NCBI GenBank assembly: GCA_002748055.1
Contig: PDRI01000097.1
Coordinates: 1-60,606 of the forward strand
Direction: 5' to 3'
Length of the DNA: 60,606 nucleotides
Source of the DNA: Bacteroidota bacterium
Lineage (GTDB): Bacteria > Bacteroidota > Bacteroidia > Bacteroidales > GCA-2748055
A program made the translations under genes and the position numbers. Positions 44,780 through 54,595 of the stretch are shown here, one piece after another. Under the pieces are notes generated by a model. It was not told the DNA's origin. It ran no database searches and saw only the letters and a list, made by a program, of their open reading frames with translations. The number at the start of each line of letters is the position of its first letter. Position 1 is the stretch's first letter.

Positions 44780-46041
44780 TACTTTATGAAATCAATCAAT
44801 GTTACATCATTGATTTCGATCACCGGTGCAATAAGCGGATTTGAAATAAAAGCATAAATACTGGCATTGTCGAAGCCTATTCTTACAGACACAAGGAAAA
44901 ATAAAGCAAATGCAGGCAGAAGCACAACCAGTACCTTATCGCTCATTGCTTCGTCCTTCTTATAGCAGAAATAGAGGAATAAAAAGGCCATGAAGAACAA
45001 AAGCCCCAGGGTATGGAAACGCATCAGAACAGGAACCAGTGAACTCAGTGAGCTAAAGCCCCCGAAGAATAACACGAAGGAAAAAAAGCGTCTCATGGCT
45101 CTTTGCTCTTCCCAGACTTCTTTTCCTTTAAAGAACACCAGTAACAAAAGAACACTGGCTGCCAGATGCAAGGCTTTTGTATGCATACGGGCATACCAGT
45201 TCCTTCCAGCCAGATCCTCCCTTCTTCGCTCAATGTTGTCCTCCTGTGTATAGCCCTCGATCCGGTTGTGAAAGGCCACCGGGGTATAGGCAATAAGGGG
45301 GTCTCTGAGCTGGGAAACGTTAAGCTCGGAGACCAGGTTACAGATGATAAAGAACAGGAGGAAGACCCTTGTCCTGCTGCCAATCAGGGCATAGAGCAAG
45401 AGCATGGTAATCGGAAGGATGTAACTGAAATGTATAAGCATTGCAGAGGCTGCAATCAGAAGAGCCGATCTTCTGTTCTCCATGAGGAAGCGAATTGTTC
45501 CATAGAAGAAAAGATGGCCCGCCGTCCAGAAACGAATCACATTCAGATTCCAGAACGGAACCGTCACCGCAAAGGTAAGCAGCAATAGTCTCGCGTAAAT
45601 CGAGTGCTCACCCGGAGCCTTGTCAATCAGGTACCAGATATTCCGGGTATAAAAATAGCCCAATACAAGCCCGAATACAGCAAATAAGACCCTGTGGTCT
45701 CCGGTGAACTGCGCAACAATAAAAGCCAACAATGGTTCAACCACATCCAGGTAACTCGTATCTTCGGAATAAAGGAGGCTGAAGAACTCCTTAAGACTGA
45801 TATTCGTAGCCCGGATATCCTGGAACCACTCAATGTAGCGAAAGGCATCATTGTTATGCCGGGCCACAAAGGTGAATCCAAAAAAGGCAATAAAAAAAAG
45901 CAGGGCATTCCTGGCATGAGAAGACCTGTAAAACCTGATCGATTTGTAGAGCAGAGCAGCCGGCCATACGAGAAAAACGGCAAAAAGGCCCATTCTTTCC
46001 TTTCTGTCAAATCCGGCTGCCTGCACCATTGTTTCTGTCAC
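44779..46041 (-). CDS. EpsG-family / Wzy-like polytopic membrane protein (candidate polymerase)
   Basis: At least 10 hydrophobic helices and no soluble domains. Its position between wzc and the tailoring genes fits a polymerase. Confidence 0.5.
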   Translation of the reverse strand: MTETMVQAAGFDRKERMGLFAVFLVWPAALLYKSIRFYRSSHARNALLFFIAFFGFTFVARHNNDAFRYIEWFQDIRATNISLKEFFSLLYSEDTSYLDVVEPLLAFIVAQFTGDHRVLFAVFGLVLGYFYTRNIWYLIDKAPGEHSIYARLLLLTFAVTVPFWNLNVIRFWTAGHLFFYGTIRFLMENRRSALLIAASAMLIHFSYILPITMLLLYALIGSRTRVFLLFFIICNLVSELNVSQLRDPLIAYTPVAFHNRIEGYTQEDNIERRREDLAGRNWYARMHTKALHLAASVLLLLVFFKGKEVWEEQRAMRRFFSFVLFFGGFSSLSSLVPVLMRFHTLGLLFFMAFLFLYFCYKKDEAMSDKVLVVLLPAFALFFLVSVRIGFDNASIYAFISNPLIAPVIEINDVTLIDFIK

Positions 46042-46053
46042 TCCGAATTTCTT

Positions 46054-48405
46054 TTAAGCCCCGGGAGTTTGCTTCTGGGAATACCTGTACTTGTAGGTGT
46101 AGGAATACCTGTAGCTACTGCGCGAAATCTTCAAATCATTCAACAAGAGACTAATTCCTGTAATCCCCATGCTAGCGGCCTCCTGAAGCGTTGCCCTGAG
46201 CATGTCCTTCTTGGTATGTTCATGCCTGACAACGATCAGGGTGATGTCCGACAGTGCAGCCAGACCAAGGCTCTCGGTGACAATGCCCATAGGTGCACTG
46301 TCAACAATCACATAGTCGAAGCGCTGCTTCAGCTGAAGAAAAAGATCCCTGACCCGCTGCGAACTCAGCAGTTCGGATGGATTTGGCGGAACAGGGCCGG
46401 CTGGTAAAATCTGGAGATTCTTCTGATCGGTCGGAAAAATAACCTCATCCAGTTTGTGCTTCCCTATGAGGTAAGTCGAAAAACCCAGCTCCGGATTCAG
46501 CTCGAAATTCTTTTGCAGGATGGGCCTGCGAAGGTCCGCGCCAAGCACCAGGGTCTTCTTGCCCGTGAGACCATAGGCCGAGGCCAGGTTAATTGAAGAA
46601 AAGGTCTTTCCCTCACCGGGCATGGAAGATGTAACCAATATAACAGGACAGGGGGTATCCTGGGTAAAAAACTCCATTCTGTTCCTGATCGCTCTGTAGG
46701 CTTCTGCAATCCTTGACCCCGGATCGGTCGATACAACATTGGCTGCCGTCACCCGGGAATGAGGAATATAGCCCACAATCGGAAGACTGGTCAGGGTTTT
46801 AAGGTCCTCCTCCGAGCTGATTTTATTCACGATGAAGTCCCATAAATAAATCCCAAGTAAGGGGAGCACCAGTCCAAGGAAAAGAGCCATAAGAAAGGCC
46901 ATCCGCTTGTTCGGAGAAATGGGGAGCGGATTTGCCCTTGCATAATCAACCACCTCATTATCGGGACGGTTCGATGCGCGCTGAATCTGCGCTTCCGATC
47001 TCTTTTGCAGAAGAAAGGTATAAAGCACATTATTCAGATTGAACTTCCTCTCAATTCCAAGCAGTTGCCTTTCCTTGGCCGGAAGCCTGGCCGCATTGGA
47101 GTTCAGAATACGAATCTGATCCTCATTCTCTTTCAGGGCCAACTGGTTGGCCTGCCTGATCCCCTCGAGGGTTTCTTTGATGCTCTGCTTCGTATTGCGG
47201 ATCCTTAGCTCGAGTTGGGTTTGCATGGGATTCCGCTCACCGATTCCACTCCCGAAGTACTGGGCCTGCAAACCCGCCAGTTCCTGCATAAGCGTTGTCA
47301 GCAGCGGATCATCTATTCCGCTGGTAGCCGGAGAGATGGGAACTTCCTTATTCTCTTCCTGAGAAAGGTATTCGTCAAGGTAATTGTAGTAGCTCGCTTT
47401 CAGTTTAAGGCTTGCCCTTTCATTCTCAAGCACAACAGCCTGATCAATAATCTGCTGGGCCTGCGCCGAGACATCCATAATCCTGTTGCTCGAACGGAAC
47501 TCCTGTAACTGACTCTCTGTAACCGCCAGAGAATCGGCTACATCGACCAATTGCTCATCGATAAAGGCAATTACATGCTGGGCCTCATGATTCTTCTTCT
47601 CAAGGTTTCGCTGCATCGACATCTCCACGAGACGATCGAGAAACAGTATGTCCTTGGTCGGATTCGTGCCGATCAAACTCATTCTGAGAATGGTTCCATC
47701 TCTGGAAGCCGCAGCAATAGACAACCTGTCCTGAAAACTCCTGGTCAGCTTATCAATGCTCGCGAATTTAAAATAAATCTTCTTCCCGCTCTTATAGATG
47801 TCTTCCAGTTCCTGCTGGGGATAAATGGTAAAGGAACTCCGGCCAAGAGAGAAACGCTGGCCAAAACGGATAATGGTATCCAGATCAATAGTTGAACGCC
47901 TCGAAGTCGAAAGCGCGAACTTTTCGCCCGATTGGTATTCAAACACGAATTCGATATCTGAGGGGGGGGGAGCTCCCGGAGAAGAGAGGACCCGGATGGG
48001 ATCAAGCGGATAATAAGATACCGTACGCCTGATTCCCCGCTTATAAACAATGGTCTTAAAGGGAAGGGTCTCCAGGGTTTCCTTGATCAGGCTCCAGGAT
48101 TTCAGAATCAGGATCTGGTTATCCAGGTTGGCTGCACCGGGGGTAATCCTGAAGCCCTCCATCAGGTTATTGTCAAGACCGGGCAGACTCGAACTTTCGC
48201 CATCCTCTACAAGCAGGCTGGAGCTCACCGAATAGGTGGGAATGGTGTACCTGAAATAGAATACCAGTGCAATCATTGCAACAAGCACGGATATCAGAAA
48301 CAGATACCATTTCCCTCTTACAACAATGAAAAACTTATTGAAATTGAATAAACTGCGCGCGCTGTTCTGCAGGTGCTCATTACTGATCTGTTTTGGCTGA
48401 GTCAT
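46054..48405 (-). CDS. wzc: Polysaccharide co-polymerase / BY-tyrosine autokinase
   Basis: Two TM helices flank a large coiled-coil periplasmic domain. Walker A is SSMPGEGKTFSSINLA, with a VDSAP Walker B-like motif. The C-terminal Tyr cluster is SYRYSYTYKYRYS. Confidence 0.9.
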   Translation of the reverse strand: MTQPKQISNEHLQNSARSLFNFNKFFIVVRGKWYLFLISVLVAMIALVFYFRYTIPTYSVSSSLLVEDGESSSLPGLDNNLMEGFRITPGAANLDNQILILKSWSLIKETLETLPFKTIVYKRGIRRTVSYYPLDPIRVLSSPGAPPPSDIEFVFEYQSGEKFALSTSRRSTIDLDTIIRFGQRFSLGRSSFTIYPQQELEDIYKSGKKIYFKFASIDKLTRSFQDRLSIAAASRDGTILRMSLIGTNPTKDILFLDRLVEMSMQRNLEKKNHEAQHVIAFIDEQLVDVADSLAVTESQLQEFRSSNRIMDVSAQAQQIIDQAVVLENERASLKLKASYYNYLDEYLSQEENKEVPISPATSGIDDPLLTTLMQELAGLQAQYFGSGIGERNPMQTQLELRIRNTKQSIKETLEGIRQANQLALKENEDQIRILNSNAARLPAKERQLLGIERKFNLNNVLYTFLLQKRSEAQIQRASNRPDNEVVDYARANPLPISPNKRMAFLMALFLGLVLPLLGIYLWDFIVNKISSEEDLKTLTSLPIVGYIPHSRVTAANVVSTDPGSRIAEAYRAIRNRMEFFTQDTPCPVILVTSSMPGEGKTFSSINLASAYGLTGKKTLVLGADLRRPILQKNFELNPELGFSTYLIGKHKLDEVIFPTDQKNLQILPAGPVPPNPSELLSSQRVRDLFLQLKQRFDYVIVDSAPMGIVTESLGLAALSDITLIVVRHEHTKKDMLRATLQEAASMGITGISLLLNDLKISRSSYRYSYTYKYRYSQKQTPGA
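47962..47970 (-). repeat. C9 homopolymer on the wzc coding strand (G9 on the plus strand)
   Basis: The minus strand reads gct ccc ccc ccc tca, encoding A-P-P-P-S in the Wzc periplasmic domain. Confidence 0.9.
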
Positions 48406-49190
48406 CGTCCGGACTGTATGTAGTTCAATACAAGAATAAAGGTGGTAATCGTGCTCAAGACAACCGTATAAGGAAACTGGGACATGGCAAAAAACTTACC
48501 CTTTAAGGGCTTGGCATAGATGACATCATTGGGCATTACATAATAGAACTCCGAATCGAGAATTTTTTTGTCTGTCAGGTCAAAATCTTTCACAATCGTT
48601 CCATCCGGGGTTTGCCGAATAATACTCAGCTCATATCTGTTGCTGAATGTGGCCAGGTCTCCGGCCATGGAAAGCGCCTGAAATATGGTCAGCTGATCCT
48701 TGTAAATTGGATAACGCCCTGGCCGATTCACCTCTCCCAGTATGGAGACATAGGTGTTTACGAGTTTGACCGTAATCGCGGCATCGGAAATATAATCGGC
48801 CAGTGCCGCATCCAGAATAACCTTCGTTTCCTGCAGGGTTTTACCTGCAACTTCAATCGCACCGAGATAGGGAATTTCGACGGACCCGTCCTGATTTACG
48901 GTATAGGAAAGAAGATTTACCGATTGTTCCGAGTGCCCGATGGTCGTAGAACCGGCAGCCACCGTGTTGAACATGGCCGACCATTGCGGATCGGGGGTGG
49001 TTACCCGGATAAAAAGATGATCGAATGGCTGAATCCTGTATGTTTCCGGGGTATAGGACTCATCGGGGTAGGATGAGTCTTTGTAAGTCTGGAGATAGGC
49101 GGTCTTTTCAGCTGTTATGCACGAATTGATCAAGGCAAGGCTGAAGACAGAAAAAACCAAAAGAAAAGCTTTGCTGCAACGATGTACCAT
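48402..49190 (-). CDS. wza: Polysaccharide export outer-membrane lipoprotein
   Basis: Lipobox LINSC, a Poly_export-like YRIQPFDHLFIRV, and an SLBB-like GEVNRPGRYPI. The ATG at 49190 is preferred over the GTG at 49193. Its stop overlaps the wzc start. Confidence 0.85.
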   Translation of the reverse strand: MVHRCSKAFLLVFSVFSLALINSCITAEKTAYLQTYKDSSYPDESYTPETYRIQPFDHLFIRVTTPDPQWSAMFNTVAAGSTTIGHSEQSVNLLSYTVNQDGSVEIPYLGAIEVAGKTLQETKVILDAALADYISDAAITVKLVNTYVSILGEVNRPGRYPIYKDQLTIFQALSMAGDLATFSNRYELSIIRQTPDGTIVKDFDLTDKKILDSEFYYVMPNDVIYAKPLKGKFFAMSQFPYTVVLSTITTFILVLNYIQSGR

Positions 49191-49317
49191 CACCGGGTTT
49201 TAAAATTTATATTGCGTTACTACTGTAAAAGCGGCATTCATCCACTCCTGGCACTGCTCCGCCACCTCGGTCCCAATAACCGAGCAAAGGCAGGCACAGT
49301 CCTAAGCAGTGAAATCC

Positions 49318-49363
49318 GGTGTTGTAAAAGGTCAGCATCGCTTTCGGCAACCTTTACAACATC
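49318..49363 (-). promoter_or_regulatory. Imperfect hairpin of about 14 bp in the 343-nt region upstream of wza
   Basis: GGTGTTGTAAAAGGT..17 nt..ACCTTTACAACATCC, with one bulged A and one wobble/mismatch. No adjoining U-run on either strand. Confidence 0.4.
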
Positions 49364-49501
49364 CATTAAATGTACTAATTAGTAATGGAACCAATGTGAT
49401 TTTGGCTTCCAATTTGATAAACAATCGAAGCGGAGGCTCACAGGGCCTACAACAGCTGTCAAACAAGCACGATTGCTCGCCAACAGGCTACAGCCTTCTG
49501 T

Positions 49502-49509
49502 CAAAGATA
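49502..49509 (-). promoter_or_regulatory. Candidate -7 promoter element (TATCTTTG on the minus strand) for wza-wzc, implying a ~300-nt leader
   Basis: The plus strand reads CAAAGATA, the reverse complement of TAnnTTTG. It lies just downstream of the stop of the 49537 gene. Confidence 0.3.
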
Positions 49510-49536
49510 TCCGCTTGTAGATGGAAATCTTCGGAA

Positions 49537-50349
49537 TCAGTTTTCAGCGCTTCCTTCAGCAACAGCAATGATAAAAGATGCAAAATCCTTTGCTGCACGT
49601 GCGGCAAATGCTGCATTGGGGTGGGAATCATTCGGTGAAGAAGCATACTTCTCCTGCAGATAGAGGCTGCCTTCTGTCTCCAGTGCATAGAAATCCCAGA
49701 GGTAGATATTGTCACCGGTTTCGTTCCATTCATCCATGATCCAATTGTAAAACGCGCGTGTCCGATCGGCCATGCCCTCGGTCAGATTGGCCTTCACATG
49801 AACAGCAGGGGTCCAAAGGATGAACTTCGTATCGGGAAAGGCATGCAATTTTTCTTTGAGCGCCTGATACTGCAACTTGTAATTCTCCAAAGTCCGCTCA
49901 TCCGAATCAATATTGGGATTCCCGGTATCCTCCTGAATCTTGCTGACCGGATAGCAGTGCTTGAAAATGATGACACCGTATTCTTTGCTAAGCATTTCAA
50001 GGGTTGGCTGCCCCATATAGGCCTCTTCTCCCGCATTCTTCACCCAGATGTGATAGTAGTCATAGGGATAATTCTTCCATCCATAGCCTTCCTTGGTCGG
50101 GAAGGCCTGCTCCCTGATCTCAAAGTTTGTCTTATGGGAGCGGTTGTACTTGTTGATAAAAGACTGCACATCTCCCTTTCCCGTAAGCTTATATACATAA
50201 CGGTTGGTCTTGCCTTTCCAGACTTTCAGTCCGGTGCTATGGTGAAGAAATACAATTTTATTCATGGGGCTTTCAATTTGATCATTGTTCGATTCGCAGG
50301 CTGTCAGGCCAATAAAAAGGGCAAATATGAATACGAGCTTTCTCATCAT
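49537..50349 (-). CDS. Lipoprotein of unknown function (possible SGNH-like hydrolase motifs)
   Basis: Lipobox FIGLTAC. VFLHHSTG near the N-terminus and NDSHPN near the C-terminus loosely resemble SGNH blocks I and V. Confidence 0.35.
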   Translation of the reverse strand: MMRKLVFIFALFIGLTACESNNDQIESPMNKIVFLHHSTGLKVWKGKTNRYVYKLTGKGDVQSFINKYNRSHKTNFEIREQAFPTKEGYGWKNYPYDYYHIWVKNAGEEAYMGQPTLEMLSKEYGVIIFKHCYPVSKIQEDTGNPNIDSDERTLENYKLQYQALKEKLHAFPDTKFILWTPAVHVKANLTEGMADRTRAFYNWIMDEWNETGDNIYLWDFYALETEGSLYLQEKYASSPNDSHPNAAFAARAAKDFASFIIAVAEGSAEN

Positions 50350-50369
50350 TTCTTGTTTAAAGTAAAATG

Positions 50370-50903
50370 CTACGAATTGGCAAAATGTTCAATGACAATG
50401 GGTTTTTTTGCCGGATCACTCATGCCTGCCGTTGGTAAGCGGTTTCTGCTTTGTTTATACATCATCTTCTGAACACGCATGGCCATCACCACCTTGGCGG
50501 GATTTCCAAAAATCACTGAATCCCTGGGATAGGTGCCTCTCAATACGCTGCCAGCCCCTACAATACAATTCTCCCCAACGACCGTACCGGGCAGAACCGT
50601 ACAATTGGCACCGATGAATACATTGTTTCCAATTTCGATTCGGGCAAAAAGATCATCCTTTGGAAAATCTTCCCTGAAACAGCGGATTCCTCCGTCATGC
50701 GTCAGAAATACAGTTCCATTGGCAATCGCGCAGTGATCTCCGATACGCACCAGATAAGGCTCGGTCGAAAACGACATCGTATTCAAAAGGCATCGCTCCC
50801 CAATCTGCATTCCCTGACGCCTCAGATACGCAATCCTTTTCTTCGATCCGCTTTTGTCGGCAATCAGGCGTTGCAGACGATCTTTAAGAGTACTCAGTTT
50901 CAT
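50370..50903 (-). CDS. Left-handed beta-helix (hexapeptide-repeat) acyl/acetyltransferase
   Basis: Hexapeptide run IGNNVFIGANCTVLPGTVVGENCIVGAGSVL. Confidence 0.8.
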   Translation of the reverse strand: MKLSTLKDRLQRLIADKSGSKKRIAYLRRQGMQIGERCLLNTMSFSTEPYLVRIGDHCAIANGTVFLTHDGGIRCFREDFPKDDLFARIEIGNNVFIGANCTVLPGTVVGENCIVGAGSVLRGTYPRDSVIFGNPAKVVMAMRVQKMMYKQSRNRLPTAGMSDPAKKPIVIEHFANS

Positions 50904-50994
50904 GGCAAGAGGAATTAGATTCAGTTAATATACGCATTTCTGCGCTATTCCCCCGCTGGCTCATCCGGATCCATCCAGCAAAGCCCGGTTGAGC

Positions 50995-52017
50995 TCAGGG
51001 CTTCTCAATGTAGTGCTTCAGTTCGTCACTCATCCATACCTGGTAGGCGCCAAACTCATCCCCATAGATCAGAAAGGCATCAACACCATCCAGATGCTGA
51101 ATAAAGTCAATGGAAGCCTCCAGGCCCTTTACCATACAGCTCGTCGCAAGCGCATCGGCAGTCATGCAGTCATCACAAAGAATGGTGACACTAAGCAGCT
51201 CCGATTCTTTCGGAAAGCCTGTTGAGGGATCAATGGAATGCGTAATGCGCTTCCCGTCTTTCATGTAGAACTTTCTGTAATTACCGGATGTGGCAAGTGA
51301 ACGATTGTGCATGCTGATAATCGCCTGTAATTCCTGTCCCGGCCACATATTTCCATAATCGGGCCGATCGATCCCTATGCGCCAAAACTGGCCGCCGGGA
51401 TTCCGGCCCCTGGTACGAATCTCGCCTCCCACCTCGACCATGTAATTCCTGCATCCCAGGCCTTCCAGATAGTCAGCCAGAAAATCGACCGCAAATCCCT
51501 GCGCAATGGCGTTCACGTTCATGCTAATACGGGGGTCCCGCTTCTGAATATGGCCCCCTTCCAAAGTCAAACCATCCATGCCGACAAAAGCCAGCATGCT
51601 GTCTATCATTGCCGTATCTACTTCCAGTCGCTCTCCGTCTCCAAAACCCCAGGCATCGATAACCGGGGCCAGGCTGATGTCGAATGCCCCCCCTGAGAGC
51701 TCGTGTATGCGTTCCGCTTCGCGAAAGACAAGCTGAAAAAGAGAATCCGCTTCAAAACTAAGGTTCCGGTTTATCCGGCTGATGAGGCTGGTCGAGTCGT
51801 AGGTGTTGAGCGACGCATCAAAAACACGCAGGAGAGAATCAATCTCGGCTTTAAGATTGAGCTGATCGGGATGCTGATAGGTCACACTGTAGCTTGTGCC
51901 CTGGGTAAAACCCTGAACGGAACAGTAAGCAGCATCACCGCCCGGTATGCAGCCCGGTACAGCGCAAAGCACCATACCCGAAAAAACAAGGGCCGCCAGA
52001 CAATCAAAGCCTTTCAT
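50995..52017 (-). CDS. apbE: FAD:protein FMN transferase
   Basis: Motifs DISLAPVIDAWGFG, SLATSGNYRKF, THSIDPSTG and MTADALATS. It lies directly downstream of nqrF. Start chosen at MKGFDC (lipoprotein-like LCAVPGC). The track start is 52047. Confidence 0.85.
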   Translation of the reverse strand: MKGFDCLAALVFSGMVLCAVPGCIPGGDAAYCSVQGFTQGTSYSVTYQHPDQLNLKAEIDSLLRVFDASLNTYDSTSLISRINRNLSFEADSLFQLVFREAERIHELSGGAFDISLAPVIDAWGFGDGERLEVDTAMIDSMLAFVGMDGLTLEGGHIQKRDPRISMNVNAIAQGFAVDFLADYLEGLGCRNYMVEVGGEIRTRGRNPGGQFWRIGIDRPDYGNMWPGQELQAIISMHNRSLATSGNYRKFYMKDGKRITHSIDPSTGFPKESELLSVTILCDDCMTADALATSCMVKGLEASIDFIQHLDGVDAFLIYGDEFGAYQVWMSDELKHYIEKP

Positions 52018-52024
52018 GCAGCTA

Positions 52025-53278
52025 TCAGCCAAAGTCGTCGAAATCAATCATCTCCGCGGGAACACCCATATCATAGAGCAGCTTCGATACAGCCGCATTC
52101 ATCATGGGTGGTCCACACATGTAGTACTCAATCTCTTCGGGCTCCTCATGATCGCGCAGATAATTGTCGTAAAGCACCTGATGGATGAAGCCTGTCATAC
52201 CGTCCCAGTTGTCTTCAGGTGCAGGTTCCGACAAAGCAATGTTAAAGGTGAAATTCGGAAATGCCTTCTCAATCTTCCTGAAGTGATCCTCGTAGAAGAT
52301 CTCCCGCTTCGAGCGCGCACCGTACCAATAAGACACCTTACGCCCTGTCTTCAGGGTATGGAAAAGATGGAAGATGTGCGAGCGCATGGGAGCCATGCCT
52401 GCACCGCCACCGATGTACACCATCTCATTGCTGGTATCCTTAATAAAGAACTCGCCATAGGGGCCCGATATCGACACCTTGTCTCCGGGCTTCCTGGAGA
52501 AAATATAGGATGAGCAAACACCCGGATTAATCTTCTTAAACCGCCCCTGGCCCGGATCCCAGGGCGGGGTGGCAATCCGGATATTCAACATCACAATGTT
52601 TCCTTCAGCCGGATGGTTGGCCATGGAATAGGCCCGGTATGTTTCCTCCGGATTCTTCATCCTCAGATCCCACATTTTAAACCTGTCCCATTCGTCCCTG
52701 TAGGCTTCCTCAACATCTATGTCCTTGCTGAAATCAACCTCAATTTTAGGAACGTCGATCTGAATATATCCTCCCGACTTAAAATTCAGGGTCTCTCCCT
52801 CGGGCAGTTTTACAACAAACTCCTTAATGAAGGTGGCTACATTGTGGTTCGATACCACTTCACATTCCCACTTCTTGATGCCCATAACCTCTTCCGGCAC
52901 CTTCACCTTCATGTCTTCCCTTAGCTTGACCTGGCAGCCGAGACGCCACTGTTGTTGCTGCTCTTTTCTGGTGAAGAATCCGGTCTCGGTTGGCAGGATG
53001 CTTCCTCCTCCCTCTTCCACCTGGCACTTACACATCCCGCAGGTACCCCCTCCTCCACAAGCCGAGGGCAAAAAGATCCCGTTCGAGGTGAGGGTACTCA
53101 GGACGGTACTCCCGGGAGAAACATTGAACTCCTTGTCATTCACCTTAAGCTTAACTTCCCCCTGTGGGGTCAGCTTTAATCTGGCGTACAGCAACATGGC
53201 CACCAGCAGGAGGATCACGATGAGAAAGACCCCGATACTGATCAATATAACGGCGCCCGTGGAAGTCAGAAAAACCAT
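52025..53278 (-). CDS. nqrF: Na+-translocating NADH:quinone reductase subunit F
   Basis: N-terminal TM helix, 2Fe-2S ferredoxin Cys motif ([12 protein letters not shown]), FAD motif RAYSMAN and NAD motif GGGAGMAPM. Confidence 0.95.
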   Translation of the reverse strand: MVFLTSTGAVILISIGVFLIVILLLVAMLLYARLKLTPQGEVKLKVNDKEFNVSPGSTVLSTLTSNGIFLPSACGGGGTCGMCKCQVEEGGGSILPTETGFFTRKEQQQQWRLGCQVKLREDMKVKVPEEVMGIKKWECEVVSNHNVATFIKEFVVKLPEGETLNFKSGGYIQIDVPKIEVDFSKDIDVEEAYRDEWDRFKMWDLRMKNPEETYRAYSMANHPAEGNIVMLNIRIATPPWDPGQGRFKKINPGVCSSYIFSRKPGDKVSISGPYGEFFIKDTSNEMVYIGGGAGMAPMRSHIFHLFHTLKTGRKVSYWYGARSKREIFYEDHFRKIEKAFPNFTFNIALSEPAPEDNWDGMTGFIHQVLYDNYLRDHEEPEEIEYYMCGPPMMNAAVSKLLYDMGVPAEMIDFDDFG

Positions 53279-53312
53279 AATTCCTTCTCTTTATTTCTTA
53301 GTTACTAGAAAG

Positions 53313-53930
53313 CTACAACTTGATTCCCATAAAGCTCATAAAGGCAATCCCCATGAGTCCGGTAATAATGAAGGTAATCCCAAGTCCGCGTAAGGGAGCG
53401 GGCACATTGGAGTAACGAATCTTCTCCCGAATGGCGGCAATCCCTACAATGGCCAGAAACCAGCCTACACCGGACCCCAGTCCAAAGACCGTTGCCTCGG
53501 CAATATTGGCATACTCGCGTTCCTGCATAAAGAGAGATCCCCCAAGTATGGCACAGTTCACTGCAATCAGGGGCAGAAAAATACCCAGGGAACTGTAGAG
53601 AGCCGGAGCAAACTTCTCAATCACCATTTCGACCAACTGCACCATGGAAGCAATCACCGCGATAAACATGATGAAGGTCAGAAAACTCAGGTCCACATCG
53701 GAAAGCGAGGGGCTGATCCAGGTCAGGGCACCTGCTTTTAGGATGTAATTCTCGATCAGGTAGTTGATTGGTACCGTAAAGCCCAGTACAAAGATGACTG
53801 CGATCCCCAGGCCGGTAGATGTCTTCACGGTCTTCGAAACCGCCAGATAAGAACACATGCCCAGGAAGTAGGCAAAGACCATGTTGTCGATGAAAATCGA
53901 CTTCACAAATATATTGATCAGATTTTCCAT
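53313..53930 (-). CDS. nqrE: Na+-NQR subunit E
   Basis: [11 protein letters not shown] and AVNCAILGG motifs. Six TM helices and about 205 aa. Confidence 0.95.
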   Translation of the reverse strand: MENLINIFVKSIFIDNMVFAYFLGMCSYLAVSKTVKTSTGLGIAVIFVLGFTVPINYLIENYILKAGALTWISPSLSDVDLSFLTFIMFIAVIASMVQLVEMVIEKFAPALYSSLGIFLPLIAVNCAILGGSLFMQEREYANIAEATVFGLGSGVGWFLAIVGIAAIREKIRYSNVPAPLRGLGITFIITGLMGIAFMSFMGIKL

Positions 53931-53942
53931 GTCGCTGCTTTA

Positions 53943-54590
53943 CTAGTTTTCTTCAATCAGATCTTTCTTTCGTGCACGCTGTACCCAAATAATAATACCA
54001 ACCACTACCAGGGCCATAGGAGGCAGGATCATCATCCCGTTGTTCACATAGCCGGCATCGTAAAAGGCCTGGGGAATGACCTGCATATCCAGGAGGGTTC
54101 CCGACCCCAGGAGTTCACGGAAGAAGGCCACAATAATCAGAATCATGCCATAACCGGCCGCATTCCCCAGTCCGTCGAGAAAGGATGGCCAGGGCTTGTT
54201 CGCCAGGGCAAAGGCCTCAAGCCGTCCCATAATAATACAGTTGGTAATAATGAGCCCGACAAAGACCGAAAGCTGCTTACTCACATCGTAGGCGTAAGCC
54301 TTCAGGACCTGGTCAACCAAAATCACCATGGTGGCTATGACCACCAGTTGAACAATGATTCGGATCCTTGGCGGAACAGCTTTCCTCAGCAAAGAGATCA
54401 CCACATTGGAGAAGGCCATCACCACCATTACCGAAATGGCCAGCACAATTGATGGCTTCAACTTAACGGTGACCGCAAGGGCCGAACAAATGCCAAGCAC
54501 CTGAACTGTAATGGGGTTGCTCTGGCCAAGAGGCTCACTCAGGAGCTTCATATTCTTTGGGGAGAACAATGGTTCCTTTTCCTTACTCAT
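53943..54590 (-). CDS. nqrD: Na+-NQR subunit D
   Basis: VLGICSALAVT and ITNCIIMGR motifs. Its position in the operon fits. Confidence 0.95.
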   Translation of the reverse strand: MSKEKEPLFSPKNMKLLSEPLGQSNPITVQVLGICSALAVTVKLKPSIVLAISVMVVMAFSNVVISLLRKAVPPRIRIIVQLVVIATMVILVDQVLKAYAYDVSKQLSVFVGLIITNCIIMGRLEAFALANKPWPSFLDGLGNAAGYGMILIIVAFFRELLGSGTLLDMQVIPQAFYDAGYVNNGMMILPPMALVVVGIIIWVQRARKKDLIEEN

Positions 54591-54595
54591 ATCTT

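Noticed and set aside
49287-49309. AAGGCAG and AAGCAG motifs reminiscent of the SRP (4.5S) RNA domain IV, in the wza upstream gap.
   Set aside because: - The motifs are in the wrong order relative to SRP RNA on this strand.
- There is no flanking long helix or GNAR loop context.
- I consider it a chance match.
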